Positions 62,511 through 64,000 of a stretch of 64,000 nt of DNA are shown here, in pieces; position 1 is the first letter of the stretch, and every line of letters starts with the position of its first letter. The position numbers were made by a program, and so were the translations under genes. This stretch comes from Octopus sinensis (lineage: Eukaryota): NCBI RefSeq assembly GCF_006345805.1, contig NC_043000.1:104284001-104348000 (forward strand), given 5' to 3'. The notes beneath the pieces are model-generated. The model saw nothing but the letters and a program-made list of their open reading frames with translations, was not told where the DNA came from and ran no database searches.

Positions 62511-62939
62511 ACACGCATACACACACTCAATCTCCCACGTAATTTCTGTTTATTCCCGCACAAAGCCATCGGCAGCTAATCCAGAATTTAATTCCCGGCC
62601 CAGGACAAAACTCATAGGCACAAACACTCATACATACGCATGCACGACCGAACCTATGCACATACGTCCACATACGCGTATATACACGGACACACACACA
62701 CATGCGCACCCACGTGATTTCGATGCCTTCTCTTTCTTAAATTTTTAACTAGCTGTCGTTCCTATGCATCATTGCCAAAAAATGACGACGATATGCTTTT
62801 GGGGTAGTTGTTGCTCAATAGAGTGTTACTGAGCTTAATCAATTCTTCGTGGTGGGTATCACGATCGCTACTTATATTCATTGCTCGATGAATATATATA
62901 TATATGTATGTGTGTGTGTGTTTGTGTGTCTGTGTTTGT

Positions 62940-63122
62940 CCCCCTAGCATTGCTTGACAATGCTGGTGTGTTTACGTCCCCGTCACCTAGCGGTTCGGCA
63001 AAAGAGACCGATAGAATAAGTACTGGGCTTACAAAGAATAAGTCCCGGGGTCAATTTGCTCGACTAAAGGCGGTGCTCCAGCATGGCCGCAGTCAAATGA
63101 CTGAAACAAGTAAAAGAGTAAA
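62940..63122 (+). mobile_element. SINE-derived repeat
   Basis: ttgcttgacaatgctggtgtgtttacgtcccc...cagcatggccgcagtcaaatgactgaaacaagtaaaagagtaaa. Confidence 0.8.
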
Positions 63123-64000
63123 AAGAGTATACCGTTTCAACATACTGATTCATTTTTAAATTGCAATTTTTAGTGTTTAGCTATAAAAGAAAATTCAAAT
63201 GTCCGAAGAACAGTTTATTTCTGGATTGGAGTATCATCGCATTCAACTATGTAATGTTAATTCGGACATTAGTGTAAATTAGCTTTAGCACTTTGCATTT
63301 TACCACATAATATGCTGACTTGGACAGAGTATTCAACTATATGAATTTTAAGAAATCAGATGAGCATAGAAAGTTTGAACACTAAGAAAATTTGAACATC
63401 TCACATGCACATTACCGAAGTGACAATTGTCGTTATGATCATAAACGTCTTAGCAAACTGTTGAAAAAAACAAAAACAAAAAAAAAACAGGGCCCATAGA
63501 TGTTTATAAATCACGAGAAACTGCTCTTTGGACATCAAAAGAAAAGGAACAGAAATTGTGTGAAAGCAATTATGTTAATTCGATTTCAATTTAATTACAA
63601 TAGTTCCTTTTTTTATTTTAAACAAATATTTTGATATGTATACCCCTTTATGTATTTTTTGCTTAGCTGCTATTCTTTGACACCTATCACTGTTATGTTT
63701 TAATATTTAGCTATCGAAATAGTAAGTTATAAAATTTTGTATTGGCAGTCGTTCCTATGCATCATGCCAAAAAAATGACGACGATACGCACTAAATGGTC
63801 AATGGGACTCTAAGTTAAGGGAATCATTTAAACAGAGAACGATTGCAATAGGTTTTCCGACTAAAAGGCTATATTAATGTCTATTCTTTAATTGATATTG
63901 CACCATCTAACATGCACTTCACCGCAGTGAAGTGAAAATTGTTGTTATGATTATAAACATCTTAGCAAACTGTTGAAGAAAATTGGATCCATTGGTGTTT

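Larger units (their letters stand above)
60110..62710. repeat. Three copies of a local unit of about 110-150 bp
   Basis: gcacaaagc(t/c)atcggcagct...cagaattt...acaaaactca at about 60163, 60728 and 62558. The first two are also preceded by gtttgatgatatcaaggccattagactgacg (about 60110, 60678). Confidence 0.85.

Noticed and set aside
62762-62890. ATTTTTTGG Sm-like site suggesting another snRNA
   Set aside because: The context translates to DRDTHHEELIKLSNTLLSNNYPK, resembling a Penelope-like RT C-terminal remnant; no snRNA fold.
63910-63940. Minus-strand AAUUUU plus CACUUCAC-UGCG-GUGAAGUG stem-loop upstream of the orphan 3' box as a new snRNA end
   Set aside because: The paralogous segment at 63395-63470 lacks the hairpin, so it probably arose by a small local duplication. 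The window ends before a 5' part could be tested.

Overview
AT-rich, microsatellite- and SINE-dense animal DNA, most likely a coleoid cephalopod such as Octopus (inferred from the repeat families I recognise; not proven). The window holds: (1) the last seven coding exons of CAD (+, 2973-10955; linker plus intact aspartate transcarbamylase domain); (2) a convergent two-coding-exon class B Hsp40 (DNAJB4/5-like, -, 32199-31402 and 23971-23741). Its proximal promoter packs a six-unit heat-shock element directly against a perfect ERSE (CCAAT-N9-CCACG) that overlaps a UPRE; (3) two tail-to-tail U4 snRNA genes (57255-57395 +, 60433-60294 -), identical over nt 1-88 but with different, structure-preserving 3' domains and different Sm-site contexts; (4) a 1.66-kb retroposon with an intact 444-aa CCHC ORF1 and no ORF2 (HAL1-like), whose 3' tail resembles that of a truncated Tx1-like LINE at 21.1-22.1 kb; (5) many transposon relics, including a four-level nest (CRE-like LINE > hAT > pogo > 225-bp palindrome), mariner, maT-like, Helitrons, a solo LTR, MITEs and several foldbacks. 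Most short ORFs in the supplied track are spurious. All family names come from recalled motifs, not database searches.
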